Shown: positions 12,115 to 25,700 of the stretch, one piece after another
How the letters are laid out: each line of letters starts with the position of its first letter
Numbering within the stretch: the first letter of the stretch is position 1
Assembly (NCBI GenBank): GCA_048013815.1
Contig: CM106586.1
Location: 620,001 to 684,000 of the forward strand
Source: Setoptus koraiensis
Lineage: Eukaryota > Animalia > Arthropoda
Reading direction: 5' to 3'
DNA: 64,000 nt
Made by a program: the position numbers and the translations under genes
Notes under the pieces: generated by a model
What the model was told of the DNA's origin: nothing
Databases searched by the model: none
What the model saw: only the letters and a program-made list of their open reading frames with translations

Positions 12115-15100
12115 TCGCTAGTTTTTTCTACATTCGTGCTGCTTACTATCATCAACAACCATAGCAAGTCTTATCAGCGTGCACTTGCCCGTTCACTCTG
12201 CGGAGAAATTCTTCGAACGCCCAAGTTGCGATCAATACCCTCATTTTTGAACATGTTCTCACCACTAAAAATCGCTAGTTTTTTCTACATACGTGCTGCA
12301 CACAGTCATCAACAATCAGAGCGAGTCTAATCAAAAGTTTATTGCCCGTTCACCCTGTAGAGAAATTTTTCGAACGCCCAAGTCGGTATGAATACTGCGA
12401 TTTTTGAACATGTTCTCACCACTAAAAATCGCTAGTTTTTTCTACATACGTGCTGCACACAGTCATCAACAATCAGAGCGAGTTTCATCAAAAATTTATT
12501 GCCCGTTCACCCTGCAGAGAAATTTTTCGAACGCCCCAATCGATATGAATACTGTGATTTTTGAACATGTTCTCACCGTAAAAAATCGCTAGTTTTTTCT
12601 ACATTCGTGCTGCTTACTATCATCAACAACCATAGCAAGTCTTATCAGCGTGCACTTGCCCGTTCACTCTGCAGAGAAATTTTTCGAACGCCCCAGTCGA
12701 TATGAATACTGTGATTTTTGATCATGTTCTCACCTCTAGAATTTTTTAGTTTTCTCTACATGCATGCTACACACTGTGATCAACAATCAGAGCGAGTCTC
12801 ATCAAAACTTACTTGCCCGTTCACTCTGCAGAGAAATTTTTCGAACGCCCCAGTCGATATGAATACTGTGATTTTTGTTCATGTTCTCACCTCTAGAATT
12901 TTTTAGTTTTCTCTACATGCATGCTACACACTGTGATCAACAATCAGAGCGAGTTTCATCAAAACGTACTTGCCCGTTCACTCTGCAGAGAAATTTTTCG
13001 AACGCCCCAGTCGATATGAATACTGTGATTTTTGAACATGTTCTCACCGTAAAAAATCGCTAGTTTTTTCTACATTCGTGCTGCTTACTATCATCAACAA
13101 CCATAGCAAGTCTTATCAGCGTGCACTTGCCCGTTCACTCTGCAGAGAAATTTTTCGAACGCCCCAGTCGATATGAATACTGTGATTTTTGTTCATGTTC
13201 TCACCTCTAGAATTTTTTAGTTTTCTCTACATGCATGCTACACACTGTGATCAACAATCAGAGCGAGTCTCATCAAAACGTACTTGCCCGTTCACTCTGC
13301 AGAGAAATTTTTCGAACGCCCCAGTCGATATGAATACTGTGATTTTTGAACATGTTCTCACCGTAAAAAATCGCTAGTTTTTTCTACATTCGTGCTGCTT
13401 ACTATCATCAACAACCATAGCAAGTCTTATCAGCGTGCACTTGCCCGTTCACTCTGCAGAGAAATTTTTCGAACGCCCCAGTCGATATGAATACTGTGAT
13501 TTTTGAACATGTTCTCACCCCTAGAATTTTTTAGTTTTCTCTACATGCATGCTACACACTGTGATCAACAATCAGAGCGAGTTTCATCAAAACTTACTTG
13601 CCCGTTCACCCTGCAGAGAAATTTTTCGAACGCCCCAGTCGATATGAATACTGTGATTTTTGAACATGTTCTCACCGTAAAAAATCGCTAGTTTTTTCTA
13701 CATTCGTGCTGCTTACTATCATCAACAACCATAGCAAGTCTTATCAGCGTGCACTTGCCCGTTCACTCTGCAGAGAAATTTTTCGAACGCCCCAGTCGAT
13801 ATGAATACTGTGATTTTTGTTCATGTTCTCACCTCTAGAATTTTTTAGTTTTCTCTACATGCATGCTACACACTGTGATCAACAATCAGAGCGAGTCTCA
13901 TCAAAACGTACTTGCCCGTTCACTCTGCAGAGAAATTTTTCGAACGCCCCAGTCGATATGAATACTGTGATTTTTGAACATGTTCTCACCGTAAAAAATC
14001 GCTAGTTTTTTCTACATTCGTGCTGCTTACTATCATCAACAACCATAGCAAGTCTTATCAGCGTGCACTTGCCCGTTCACTCTGCAGAGAAATTTTTCGA
14101 ACGCCCCAGTCGATATGAATACTGTGATTTTTGAACATGTTCTCACCCCTAGAATTTTTTAGTTTTCTCTACATGCATGCTACACACTGTGATCAACAAT
14201 CAGAGCGAGTCTCATCAAAACGTACTTGCCCGTTCACTCTGCAGAGAAATTTTTCGAACGCCCCAGTCGATATGAATACTGTGATTTTTGAACATGTTCT
14301 CACCGTAAAAAATCGCTAGTTTTTTCTACATTCGTGCTGCTTACTATCATCAACAACCATAGCAAGTCTTATCAGCGTGCACTTGCCCGTTCACTCTGCA
14401 GAGAAATTTTTCGAACGCCCCAGTCGATATGAATACTGTGATTTTTGAACATGTTCTCACCTCTAGAATTTTTTAGTTTTCTCTACATGCATGCTACACA
14501 CTGTGATCAACAATCAGAGCGAGTCTCATCAAAACGTACTTGCCCGTTCACTCTGCAGAGAAATTTTTCGAACGCCCCAGTCGATATGAATACTGTGATT
14601 TTTGAACATGTTCTCACCGTAAAAAATCGCTAGTTTTTTCTACATTCGTGCTGCTTACTATCATCAACAACCATAGCAAGTCTTATCAGCGTGCACTTGC
14701 CCGTTCACTCTGCAGAGAAATTTTTCGAACGCCCCAGTCGATATGAATACTGTGATTTTTGAACATGTTCTCACCGTAAAAAATCGCTAGTTTTTTCTAC
14801 ATTCATGCTGCTTACTATCATCAACAACCATAGCAAGTCTTATCAGCGTGCACTTGCCCGTTCACTCTGCAGAGAAATTTTTCGAACGCCCCAATCGATA
14901 TGAATACTGTGATTTTTGAACATGTTCTCACCGTAAAAAATCGCTAGTTTTTTCTACATTCGTGCTGCTTACTATCATCAACAACCATAGCAAGTCTTAT
15001 CAGCGTGCACTTGCCCGTTCACTCTGCAGAGAAATTTTTCGAACGCCCCAGTCGATATGAATACTGTGATTTTTGAACATGTTCTCACCGTAAAAAATCG

Positions 15101-16595
15101 CTAGTTTTTTCTACATTCGTGCTGCTTACTATCATCAACAACCATAGCAAGTCTTATCAGCGTGCACTTGCCCGTTCACTCTGCAGAGAAATTTTTCGAA
15201 CGCCCCAATCGATATGAATACTGTGATTTTTGAACATGTTCTCACCGTAAAAAATCGCTAGTTTTTTCTACATTCGTGCTGCTTACTATCATCAACAACC
15301 ATAGCAAGTCTTATCAGCGTGCACTTGCCCGTTCACTCTGCAGAGAAATTTTTCGAACGCCCCAGTCGATATGAATACTGTGATTTTTGAACATGTTCTC
15401 ACCGTAAAAAATCGCTAGTTTTTTCTACATTCGTGCTGCTTACTATCATCAACAACCATAGCAAGTCTTATCAGCGTGCACTTGCCCGTTCACTCTGCAG
15501 AGAAATTTTTCGAACGCCCCAGTCGATATGAATACTGTGATTTTTGAACATGTTCTCACCGTAAAAAATCGCTAGTTTTTTCTACATTCGTGCTGCTTAC
15601 TATCATCAACAACCATAGCAAGCCTCATCAGCGTGCACTTGCCCGTTCACTCTGCAGAGAAATTTTTCGAACGCCCCAGTCGATATGAATACTGTGATTT
15701 TTGATCATGTTCTCACCCCTAGAATTTTTTAGTTTTCTCTACATGCATGCTACACACAGTTATCAACAATCAGAGCGGGTCTCATCAAAACGTACTTGCC
15801 CGTTCACTCTGCAGAGAAATTTTTCGAACGCCCCAGTCGATATGAATACTGTGATTTTTGAACATGTTCTCACCCCTAGAATTTTTTAGTTTTCTCTACA
15901 TGCATGCTACACACAGTTATCAACAATCAGAGCGAGTTTCATCAAAACTTACTTGCCCGTTCACCCTGCAGAGAAATTTTTCGAACGCCCAAGTCGGTAT
16001 GAATGTTGTGATTTTTGAACATGTTCTCACCCCTAGAATTTTTTAGTTTTCTCCACATGCTTGCTACACACTGTGATCAACAATCAGAGCGAGTTTCATC
16101 AAAACTTACTTGCCCGTTCACCCTGCAGAGAAATTTTTCGAACGCCCAAGTCGGTATGAATGTTGTGATTTTTGAACATGTTCTCACCGTAAAAAATCGC
16201 TAGTTTTTTCTACATTCGTGCTGCTTACTATCATCAACAACCATAGCAAGTCTTATCAGCGTGCACTTGCCCGTTCACTCTGCAGAGAAATTTTTCGAAC
16301 GCCCCAGTCGATATGAATACTGTGATTTTTGTTCATGTTCTCACCCCTAGAATTTTTTAGTTTTCTCTACATGCATGCTACACACTGTGATCAACAATCA
16401 GAGCGAGTTTCATCAAAACTTACTTGCCCGTTCACCCTGCAGAGAAATTTTTCGAACGCCCCAATCGATATGAATACTGTGATTTTTGAACATGTTCTCA
16501 CCGTAAAAAATCGCTAGTTTTTTCTACATTCGTGCTGCTTACTATCATCAACAACCATAGCAAGTCTTATCAGCGTGCACTTGCCCGTTCACTCT
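12115..16595. repeat. 157-bp satellite array B (about 28 units, two main unit types)
   Basis: gaacatgttctcacc recurs every 157 bp. Units beginning ccgtaaaaaatcgctag and cc(t/c)ctagaatttttt alternate in part of the array. Confidence 0.97.
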
Positions 16596-17337
16596 CACCA
16601 TAAATTCGAATTTTCTAATCCCGTAGGTATAAATCGAATCTCCATAGGGATAACATTGTTAACGTTTAGATACTTCAACATAGAGAACAAAATGAAAATC
16701 GTCAAAGTCGAATCTCCATAGAGATAACATTGTTAACTTATTTTATCTACAATAGCATTAACAGTGCTAAGAAGCAGTAGTTATTCTGAGTAGCCTCTAC
16801 TGTACTACAATCTTCTAGTTCTGACGCCTCTAGCTTCCAGTGCACTAAATCCGAATTGTATACAGCTAGCCTTCTGCTGTGCTAAATTCATCTAGTTAGC
16901 ATCACAGTATTGAGCGTGCTACTCTCGTCTAGTTTTATCTACAATAGCATTAACAGTACTGAGAAGCACTAGTTATTCTGAGTAGCCTCTACTGTACTAC
17001 AATCTTCTAGTTCTGACGCCTCTAGCTTCCAGTGTACTAAATCTGCATTGTATACAGCTAGCCTTCTGCTGTGCTAAATTCATCTAGTTAGCATCTCAGC
17101 TTTGAGCGTGCTAATCGCGTCTAGTGAGTGAACGCGCATAGCATTCTGTGTGCTAAATTCAACTAAACAACAATGTAAGCTTTGAGTGTTCTAAATTTAT
17201 CTAGTTTATTTCTCACAGTACAGCTTTCACCGTGCTATTTTTTTCTAGTTGAAAAAAGCACTGATTTGTTCTACCCACGTGAATAAACGTAGCACCCAGA
17301 CCCATCCCAATAGCTGCTTAATTAAAATTAAGCGCTA
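16596..17337 (-). mobile_element. HINE family B 5' arm (minus strand) leading directly into satellite array B
   Basis: The reverse complement of about 16750-17337 matches about 8009-8600, including a 191-bp internal duplication; terminal palindrome at 17311-17337. Confidence 0.85.
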
Positions 17338-17665
17338 AAAAATAGCGAGAAAAGTCGCGCGGTCGAGATGAGAATCTCGAACTGTATCTCAGCTCTTTCG
17401 AGGTGAAACGGGGCCCCAAAGTTGAAGTTCTGAGAAAAGTGGGCGTGCCTGGTGAACGAGAAACCAGAAACAGAAATAAACCAGATTTCTGGCCTCACCT
17501 GATGGGGACCCTCCCAACTACACCCTTTTGTGAGAATCGAAGACCAGAAATGAAAACACCCCGAAATGAGACAAATTTGATGTAACTATAGCGCCAATGT
17601 ATTTCCAACTATGCTCCCTGGCAGCGTCTACATTATTGTATGATGATGATAATGTTTGCCTACTC

Positions 17666-18133
17666 TCAACGACCCTTTCCCTTATTTAGCCGGTCGTGAA
17701 TCATGTTTAACATCGTCGATTGTACAGCGGTATAGAATCCAATTAAACGCTCATCATCCAAAATCTCTGCCTTCAATCGTTCGATCTTCTCTTTATTACC
17801 GTCCTTGTCCCTTATTTCTAGAAAATGTATGTCGACATAGGAGCTTCGTTGTCGCAGCCTTAGATGTTTGATACCATCTCTAGCATTGTCTATTTCCCGG
17901 TTCCGAGCACTATCTTTGAACTCATGCACGTATCCGATTGGCTCATTTGCCGGTCTGGCAATTAGTTTTTCATCATCCCAAAGATTCTTCGCCGAAATTT
18001 CCTCCTTCATCTCAACCAAGCCGTTCTGGACAAGTTCCTCGAAAGCGTATGGCTCCCTCTTCTTTCGGGCAATAACAACCTCCCTAATGAAAATTGCGCA
18101 AAATATCAACAATATTAATTTGCATGCCGCCAT
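17666..18133 (-). CDS. Orphan 155-aa putatively secreted protein
   Basis: Clean ATG-to-stop ORF; hydrophobic N-terminus MAACKLILLIFCAIFIREVVIA followed by RKKR; non-repetitive, protein-like composition. Family not recognised. Confidence 0.6.
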   Translation of the reverse strand: MAACKLILLIFCAIFIREVVIARKKREPYAFEELVQNGLVEMKEEISAKNLWDDEKLIARPANEPIGYVHEFKDSARNREIDNARDGIKHLRLRQRSSYVDIHFLEIRDKDGNKEKIERLKAEILDDERLIGFYTAVQSTMLNMIHDRLNKGKGR

Positions 18134-18529
18134 TTTTTCTTGTATCTTGGATCGCTATAGATACCCGTAACTTATGAGAACTAAGACTTTTCACTACAAT
18201 CTTTGATTCTGATGATCGGTGATATTAGGCCGGGCGAGCGAAGCGAGCCGGTCTTTACAGATGCATTTTCGTTCTTTCCCCCTTTTGCTGCAAAAAAGTC
18301 CATAGAGTTTTCCCCTTCATCGTGTTGTCGGAAATCTGTGTGCTGCAGTGGAGAAAAAGTGTGCTTTCCCCCCTGTGCAGCAAAAAAGTCCATAGAGTTT
18401 TCCCCTTCTGAAAGTCAGCTGTGGTGTTCTCGTTCGTTCCCTTCGAGGCGTGGAGTGCCGCGGTGGGAGACGGGAGGGGGCGGGACTGGGAGGGTGGGAG
18501 GCGGGGAGCGTGCGCTGCGCAGCACAACA

Positions 18530-18815
18530 ACAGCTGCAGCAGTAGCAATGATTATGATAATAATGATGATAATGATAATAGTGATAGTAGTAATAATAAT
18601 AGTAGCAGTAGTGATAATAATAGTAGTAGTAGTAATAACAATAATAACAGTAGTAGTAATAATAACAGTAGTAGTAATAATAACAGTAGTAGTAGTAGTA
18701 GTACTAGTAGTAATAGCAGTAGCAGTAGTAATAGTAATAACAATAACAACAAAAACAAACAAAAAAAAATAAATAAAAAATAAAAAAAAATAAAAAAAAC
18801 AACAACAACAACAGC
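18530..18815. repeat. (AGT/AAT)n microsatellite and A-rich tract in the Helentron 5' region
   Basis: Direct inspection; source of several low-complexity ORF calls. Confidence 0.95.
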
Positions 18816-18842
18816 AGTATGCCTCAACATCAAGATAAGCGC

Positions 18843-19760
18843 GGATGTGAACCCAAAATGAGTTCTTTCCCGCAGCGCGGATGTGAACCCGCAATGAGTT
18901 CTTTCCCGCAGCGCCTCACAGGATGTGAACCCGTTATGAGTTCTTTCCCTAATTATACCGGATGTGAACCCGCAATGAGTTCTTTCCCGCAGCGCCTCAC
19001 AGGATGTGAACCCGTTATGAGTTCTTTCCCTAATTATACCGGATGTGAACCCGCAATGAGTTCTTTCCCGCAGCGCCTCACAGGATGTGAACCCGTTATG
19101 AGTTCTTTCCCTAATTATACCGGATGTGAACCCTCTATGAGTTCTTTCCCGCAGCGCCTCACAGGATGTGAACCCGTTATGAGTTCTTTCCCTAATTATA
19201 CCGGATGTGAACCCTTTATGAGTTCTTTCCCGCAGCGCCTCACAGGATGTGAACCCGTTATGAGTTCTTTCCCTAATTATACCGGATGTGAACCCGCAAT
19301 GAGTTCTTTCCCGCAGCGCCTTACAGGATGTGAACCCATTATGAGTTCTTTCCCTAATTATACCGGATGTGAACCAGAAATGGGTTCTTTCCCGCAGCGC
19401 CTTACAGGATGTGAACCCAGAATGGGTTCTTTCCCTGATTATACCGGATGTGAACCGGAAATGGGTTCTTTCCCGCAGCGGATGTGAACCGGAAATGGGT
19501 TCTTTCCCTAATTATATCATAGATGGATGTGAACCCGAAACGGGTTCTTTCCCGCAGTGCCTCACAGGAAGTGAACCCAGAATGGGTTCTTTCCCTGATT
19601 ATACCGGATGTGAACCTTCAATGAGTTCTTTCCCGCAGCGCCTCACAGGATGTGAACCCTTAATGAGTTCTTTCCCTAATTATACCGGATGTGAACCTTC
19701 AATGAGTTCTTTCCCGCAGCGCCTCACAGGATGTGAACCAGAAATGGGTTCTTTCCCTGA
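18843..19760 (+). repeat. Minisatellite of 23 units with 29-bp core ggatgtgaacc-N6-gagttctttccc (mostly alternating 42/39 bp)
   Basis: Units start at 18843, 18879, 18921, 18960 ... 19729; they translate as GCEPxMSSFP repeats. Confidence 0.95.
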
Positions 19761-22700
19761 TTACAGAATAGGTGGGAGCGACTCCTTGATTGGCGTTTTC
19801 CTGCAGAACCTTGCGCGATGCGACCCTGAAATTAGCCTTCCCCTGCTGCGCTTAAGAAGATGTGGACTCGAATTCGGTTCTTTCCTTCGTATGAGCAACG
19901 ATGATCTTGTATTTGAATTGGGTTCTATATTTGATGATCATCCGTGTTCGAGCTTCAATTCTCTTGCGTCAATCGTTGCTCATGGCGGTGGATATTCTCC
20001 AGATTCGCCGCACGATTCTTCAGATGAAGATCGTCATCCAGCTGAAAAGCCATTCTCTCGCCCACTCTCTAGGGCTGAGAAGATGAAATTGAAACGCGCC
20101 GATCCCGTTTTCAGAGCTGCTGAGAACGAGCGAAGGCGTGCCAACTATAAAGATAACGTTTCCGCTCATGATTACAAAGCGAAACAGATCAGAGCAAAGC
20201 GCTCCGATCCGGAGTTCGTTGCTGCTGAGCTTGCTCGCAAACGTGAATTGTACCAGAAAAATCCACATCCGACCATTGAGCGTATCAAAGAAAGACGTTC
20301 TGATTCGGTAAATTATTCACTAGAACTCGAGCGTAAAAAGTCATTGTATCATAGTGATAAATCGACAGCTGTTTGTGATTCAGATCCCTCTGTTGGCGAT
20401 GAGAGGCCGCAGCGAATTAGAACACAAAACAAGCGATACAATGATTATTACTTAGATAAGGACATCGAGTACCACAAGAAGGTTAGACTCGATCCTGAAT
20501 TCCGAAAGGCTGAGCTTGCAAAGTTGCAAAAGAAGCGCGAGAACGTAGCCTTTCGTGATAGAGAAGAGTTTGTCAAAAGGCGTTCTTACTTCGTTAAAAA
20601 AGTGAAATCATGGAACGACTTGGGCTTCTGTTTCTCTGGTTTAGATATTAATGAGGTTGACCAGAGACATTTGATAAAGATGAATGATGCTATAAGCACT
20701 TATTATCATGATTTGGCTCAGAGTTTTTTCCATGTATGCGTTGTGTGCTCTGGAACGTTTCGCGAATGTAGCCTAAAAAAATTTGACATTGAAGAATTCA
20801 GATCCGATATCGGTCAGGAATTCTTCGACAAGGTTGTGTCAGTATTTGATGAGCCGTTCCAAATATGTGGCACATGCTATTCCTACATTTTGAGGAAGAA
20901 AGTTCCCCCATTATGTATGAATAACGGGTTACGTTACGTTGCTTTACCAGAGTTTATTCGCACTCTCAACCCAATAGAACAGATTCTAGTATCTAATGTG
21001 ATACAATTTCGAAAAATTGTTGAGAATCGCCCTGAACACAATTCATGGATGCGTACTCACCCACATTTGTTCGGTAAGCCATCGATCATTAATGTACAGC
21101 TCGATCCTTCGGATGCCTTTTCAAAGGTTCAGAGTATTCCCCGTGCGCCGGATGAGTCGCTCTCGTGTGTTGTACGTCTTTTTAAACGACAACAATTTGC
21201 CGACATGAATCTGCATCCTCATGTACAAGGATTTATCGATCATGAAAAACTCGATAAAGCTGCTGCCTGGCTTGTTAAAACGCCCTTATATATTAAGGAT
21301 GGCATAAAATTCAAAGGCAAGGCTACCACGCAGAAAATTGCTGAAAAGTTCAATTCTGAGCGTGTTATTGATATGGAACTTGGTAAGGATATTCCTGATG
21401 AATTTCCCGATGCGATGTATCCACCCCAAGAGACATTCATCACACGGTTACCAGGTGCACCACTTGACATAGCTCCTGCCGAAGACCGACCTGCTATCAG
21501 CGCTCTCTTTGGTACCACTATCGATGAACGTCCATTTCCAACTATATTTGGTGGTCATCCTTATCCTAGTCCACCGCCCGCTGGGTCATCTTGGCCGAAA
21601 TTAACTTTGAGTCAGAGACTGAAGTTTGAAATGCGCAACGTCAGCACTCAACACAGACCTTGTGTGTATGTACTCTTTGGTGCTGCCAAAAAGTTGGCCA
21701 ATCAATTATATAGTGCGAGTTATACGGCGACAAGGATCTCTACCAAGACAAATGTTTTAACGGTTCAAGATGTTTTAGATCAGAAACATAGAAATGTTTT
21801 GATCAAAAACGATATGATGTTTACTTTGTATAAGCAGGTCCCCAACACACCTCAGTATTGGATGGCGCAGAGTAAAAAGTTACTCTTGGCTGTCTATGCC
21901 TTCGGTCCTCCTACCCTTTTCATGACCATAACAATTAACGAATCTGATGAGGCTGAGCTCTTAAGGTTACTCTACAGATTTAGGCACAATGTTTGGTTGA
22001 GTCAAAAAGATGTGCTTGAAGGTTTATCGCACTCTGAGAAAGCCGACTTGTTTCTCAATGATCCTGTGACTCTTTCTAGGTATTTCGAACTTAGGCAATC
22101 ATGCTTGATGAAATTCTTGAAGGATAAATATGGTGCTTTCGCTGGGTATAGAATTTATAAGTATTATTCACGGATCGAGTATCAACATAGGGGTTCACCT
22201 CATGCTCACATGATTTTCTGGTTAGAAGGTGCGCCGACATTCGATAAGGATGAGCCCTCATCTATACCCTCATGCGTTGATTTTATCGATAGGCACATAA
22301 CTACTCGTAGCGATCTATGTGATGAGCAAGTTGCCAAGCGCCAGTTCCACAAGCACACTAGAACTTGCCTAAAAATTAAGCATGGTAAAGTTGGTTGCAG
22401 ATTCAATCTACCCAGATATCCTATGGCCCAAACTTGCATTTTAGGTCCATTGATGGAAGGTGAGGTAGATAAAGCTGATATCCCCTCTGTGCGTGGACGT
22501 CTGTTAAAGATAAAGAATCTGCTCAAAGAGTGGACCCGTCCAATTCCTGGTGGTTATTTCCAGAGACAATCTGCATTGACATTTGATCAGTTTCTTGAAA
22601 AATTAGAAATGTCTCATGATCAATACATAGAAGCAATTAGATTGGGTCTTGAGAAACATAAAACTCTGTATAAATGTCAACCTTGCGATATAATGACTAA

Positions 22701-25700
22701 TAATTTTAATCCGATCATAGGCCCGATGATAAATGCCAACATGGACATTCAATTTGTGCTCGAGCCTTTCGGAGTAATCAAGTACTTAGTTAATTATTTG
22801 ACAAAAGCATCGGGTAAAGCGTCATTGGCGATGCGGGCTGTATTTGAGCATTACAAAAACCACAAAGCGTCGCACAATCCCCTAAAAGAAATGCTCAAGA
22901 CAATGTCTCGAGAACTCCTCAATTGTCTTGAGCTTGGTGCACCCGAAGCTGCTCTTATGTGTATAGGTGGCAAATTTCATGATTGTAACTGGAGTGAGGT
23001 TGTCGTGAATACTTCTCTGCCTAATGAAAGAACACGTATTCTGAAGCCGTTGAAAGAATTGGCTGAATTAGCTGACAAATCTTGCTCCGAAATATATCAT
23101 CCATCTGTCTACGAAAAGTATGAGAATAGACCCAAGAACCAATACAATATGTATTTTGCTGATTGGTTGACAAAGTATCAGGGTCAGACAGTTCATGATG
23201 AAAAGCCTGATTTCTTCGAGGATATTGTTGAATCAGAGCCCGATTTGTATACCGACAATCGTAAGGTGCTACGCATACACATTCCCAAATTGAAGGAAGA
23301 TCCCGAAAATTATTATCGTATCTTAATAACCTTCTTTGGTCGTCCATGGTTCAGTGAAATGACTGATATAATCAACAAAACTGAATCTTATGAGGAGCGC
23401 TATGAGAACGATCGTGATCTTATCACCGCTAATAGAAAACGGCACTACAAGTTGGATTTCGATGTGCAAGTCCGGTTGAAGGGTATGTTCGAACAAGAGC
23501 AACGTATCTTGGAAGATCAAGAAAATTTTAATTGCCCCATTCCTGATGACTTTATACCTCAAAGTAAATTGTCATTGGATGATTTCATTTTTGAAGAGTT
23601 CGATAAACGTGATTGCACCCGAAACAGACTCAATATCGAAAACATTGATGAAGACGCTGTTTTAGCAGAGCAACATACTAGTCATGGCAAGAAGCTCATT
23701 TATTTGAACAAGTTGAATAAAACCAAAAATGAACTTCTGGTCTTTTCAACGAAAGCTTCTGCCGACACCATGGATATCTGTTCACGTGTTGCTAGTCTAA
23801 ATGAAAAGCAGTATGTGTACGCTTCACATTTCGCTCACGCATTGAGATTGGGCAATCCATTCTATCATGTTGTATTGGGTGGTGCAGGTACTGGTAAATC
23901 TTTTCTCATAAAGACTCTGCATCGCATTGGGCTTGGCATTTTGGATGTTGATCCCGATGTTGATGTTGACGTTGAACAATTTCCCATTATGCTCACAGCT
24001 ACTTCTGCTTCTGCTGCATTTCTGATTGGTGGTTCAACTATGCACTCAGCTTTCCTACTTCCGGTAATGAGAGAGTTCACCAGTCTCAGCGAAGATACTC
24101 GCAGTACTCAAGCCAAAAAGTTCCTATCAACAAAAGTTATTTTTGTCGATGAGATATCAATGTGCTCTAATGCTATGTTGCATCAGATGAATGATAGGCT
24201 CATACAAATCAAGCAGTGTGATTTGCCTTTTGGTGGATGCTCCGTTGTATTTTTCGGCGATTTCAACCAGCTACCTCCTGTTGCTGCCAAGCCAGTGTAT
24301 GTGCCAACTGATATCACTGGTAACACGTATTTATGGCAGTTGTTTTCATGTTACGAGTTGGTTGACATCATGCGGCAGAAAGATGACAAAAGATTCGCCG
24401 AAACGTTATCACGAATAGCCAATGGGAATTTCGTTCAGCAAGACGTGGATCTCCTAAAGACACGGCTTTGTGGTGAAGATCATCCGATCAGTTTGAGTGA
24501 TATACCTGATGATGTTATACGGTTGTATCCCACTAACAAAGCCGTTAATGCTTACAACATTGAAGCTATGAGCAAAATTGAAGGAGATGCTATAGTTGTC
24601 CCAGCAGATGATTCCCTTCGATCCAAAGTTCGGTTGAACGTTGAAGCAACTCTGAATAAATTCTATAAGAAAGAATTAGAATCTAACAGAGGTATGCATT
24701 TGGGTTTGCCACAAACTTTAACTCTCAAGAAGGGTGCTGTCTATAAGATAACAACTAATATTGATACTAGTGATGGGCTCGTGAACGGTGCCGCGGGCAT
24801 ATTACAATATATAAGTTACATTATGCACCCCAAAAACCCATCAGCCAGGAGGCCTGGCCTCCTTTTCATGTCCTTCGAAAATAAAAGTATCGGTCAACGT
24901 GCGAGGCATGAATTCTTCCGCGAATACGTTAAAAAGAGTGAGATATTATCTACGATTCGTGAAGATTGGGTACCTATCACATTGAAACAAATCACCATAA
25001 GTGAGTTTGATTATTCAATTGATAGAATTCAATTTCCGATTGTTCCTGCACATGCTCGTACATATCATTCGAGTCAAGGTCAGACATGGACCTCTGCTGT
25101 CTGCAATTTGATGCCAATAAATAGAATCAATAGAAAGATGTTATATGTCGGATTCAGCCGCGTAACCAGCCTAAGTGGTCTTTTTATTGTTGGTGATCTA
25201 TCGAAAGCTTTAGAAAAATGCAGATCCGTGCCTGATAAACGTGCACCAGCTGCTAAGGGCAAGATAAAGATGGTTGATATTGACGAATGCGAGATGGAGC
25301 AGGATAGGTTTTTTGTAAATCAATTCAAGAAAAAATGCTCTCTCAACGCGTCAATCCTTTCTTCCCATAACCCGGTTGCTCCTTCTCTATTGTTTCATAG
25401 AATGGATCACCCGAAAACAAGTTCCATCGAGTTACGCAAAATTCTATCGATGAATAAATTTTCACTGATTTTCCTCTCAGAAACTTGTTTGAAGCCTAAT
25501 GCTCGCGTCGAATTTGCCGGCTATTATAACGTGAAACGTTTAGATTTCGAGTCCTCCGATCAAGTTTCGCGCCGTGGCCTGCTTTGCTGTGCGACGTATG
25601 ATTTAAAGGACGAGATTAAAGTGGGGCCTGCGAAAAGCAGCCAGAATCTAGAGGTTATGATTATTCAATACTTAGCCAATCATTATATCTTTATCTATGT

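Noticed and set aside
43-16517. Repeated 62-71 aa ORFs in the satellite arrays, and a CRISPR-like appearance
   Set aside because: ORFs are translations of 157-bp monomers with alternative starts. There are no unique spacers or cas genes, and the context is eukaryotic.
18203-18894. Overlapping poly-I/V/L/N/T ORFs
   Set aside because: Products of (AGT/AAT)n microsatellites.
19369-19479. ORF-track start of RepHel at 19369
   Set aside because: A non-ATG start in an out-of-register reading of the minisatellite; the real start is either 18819 or further downstream.
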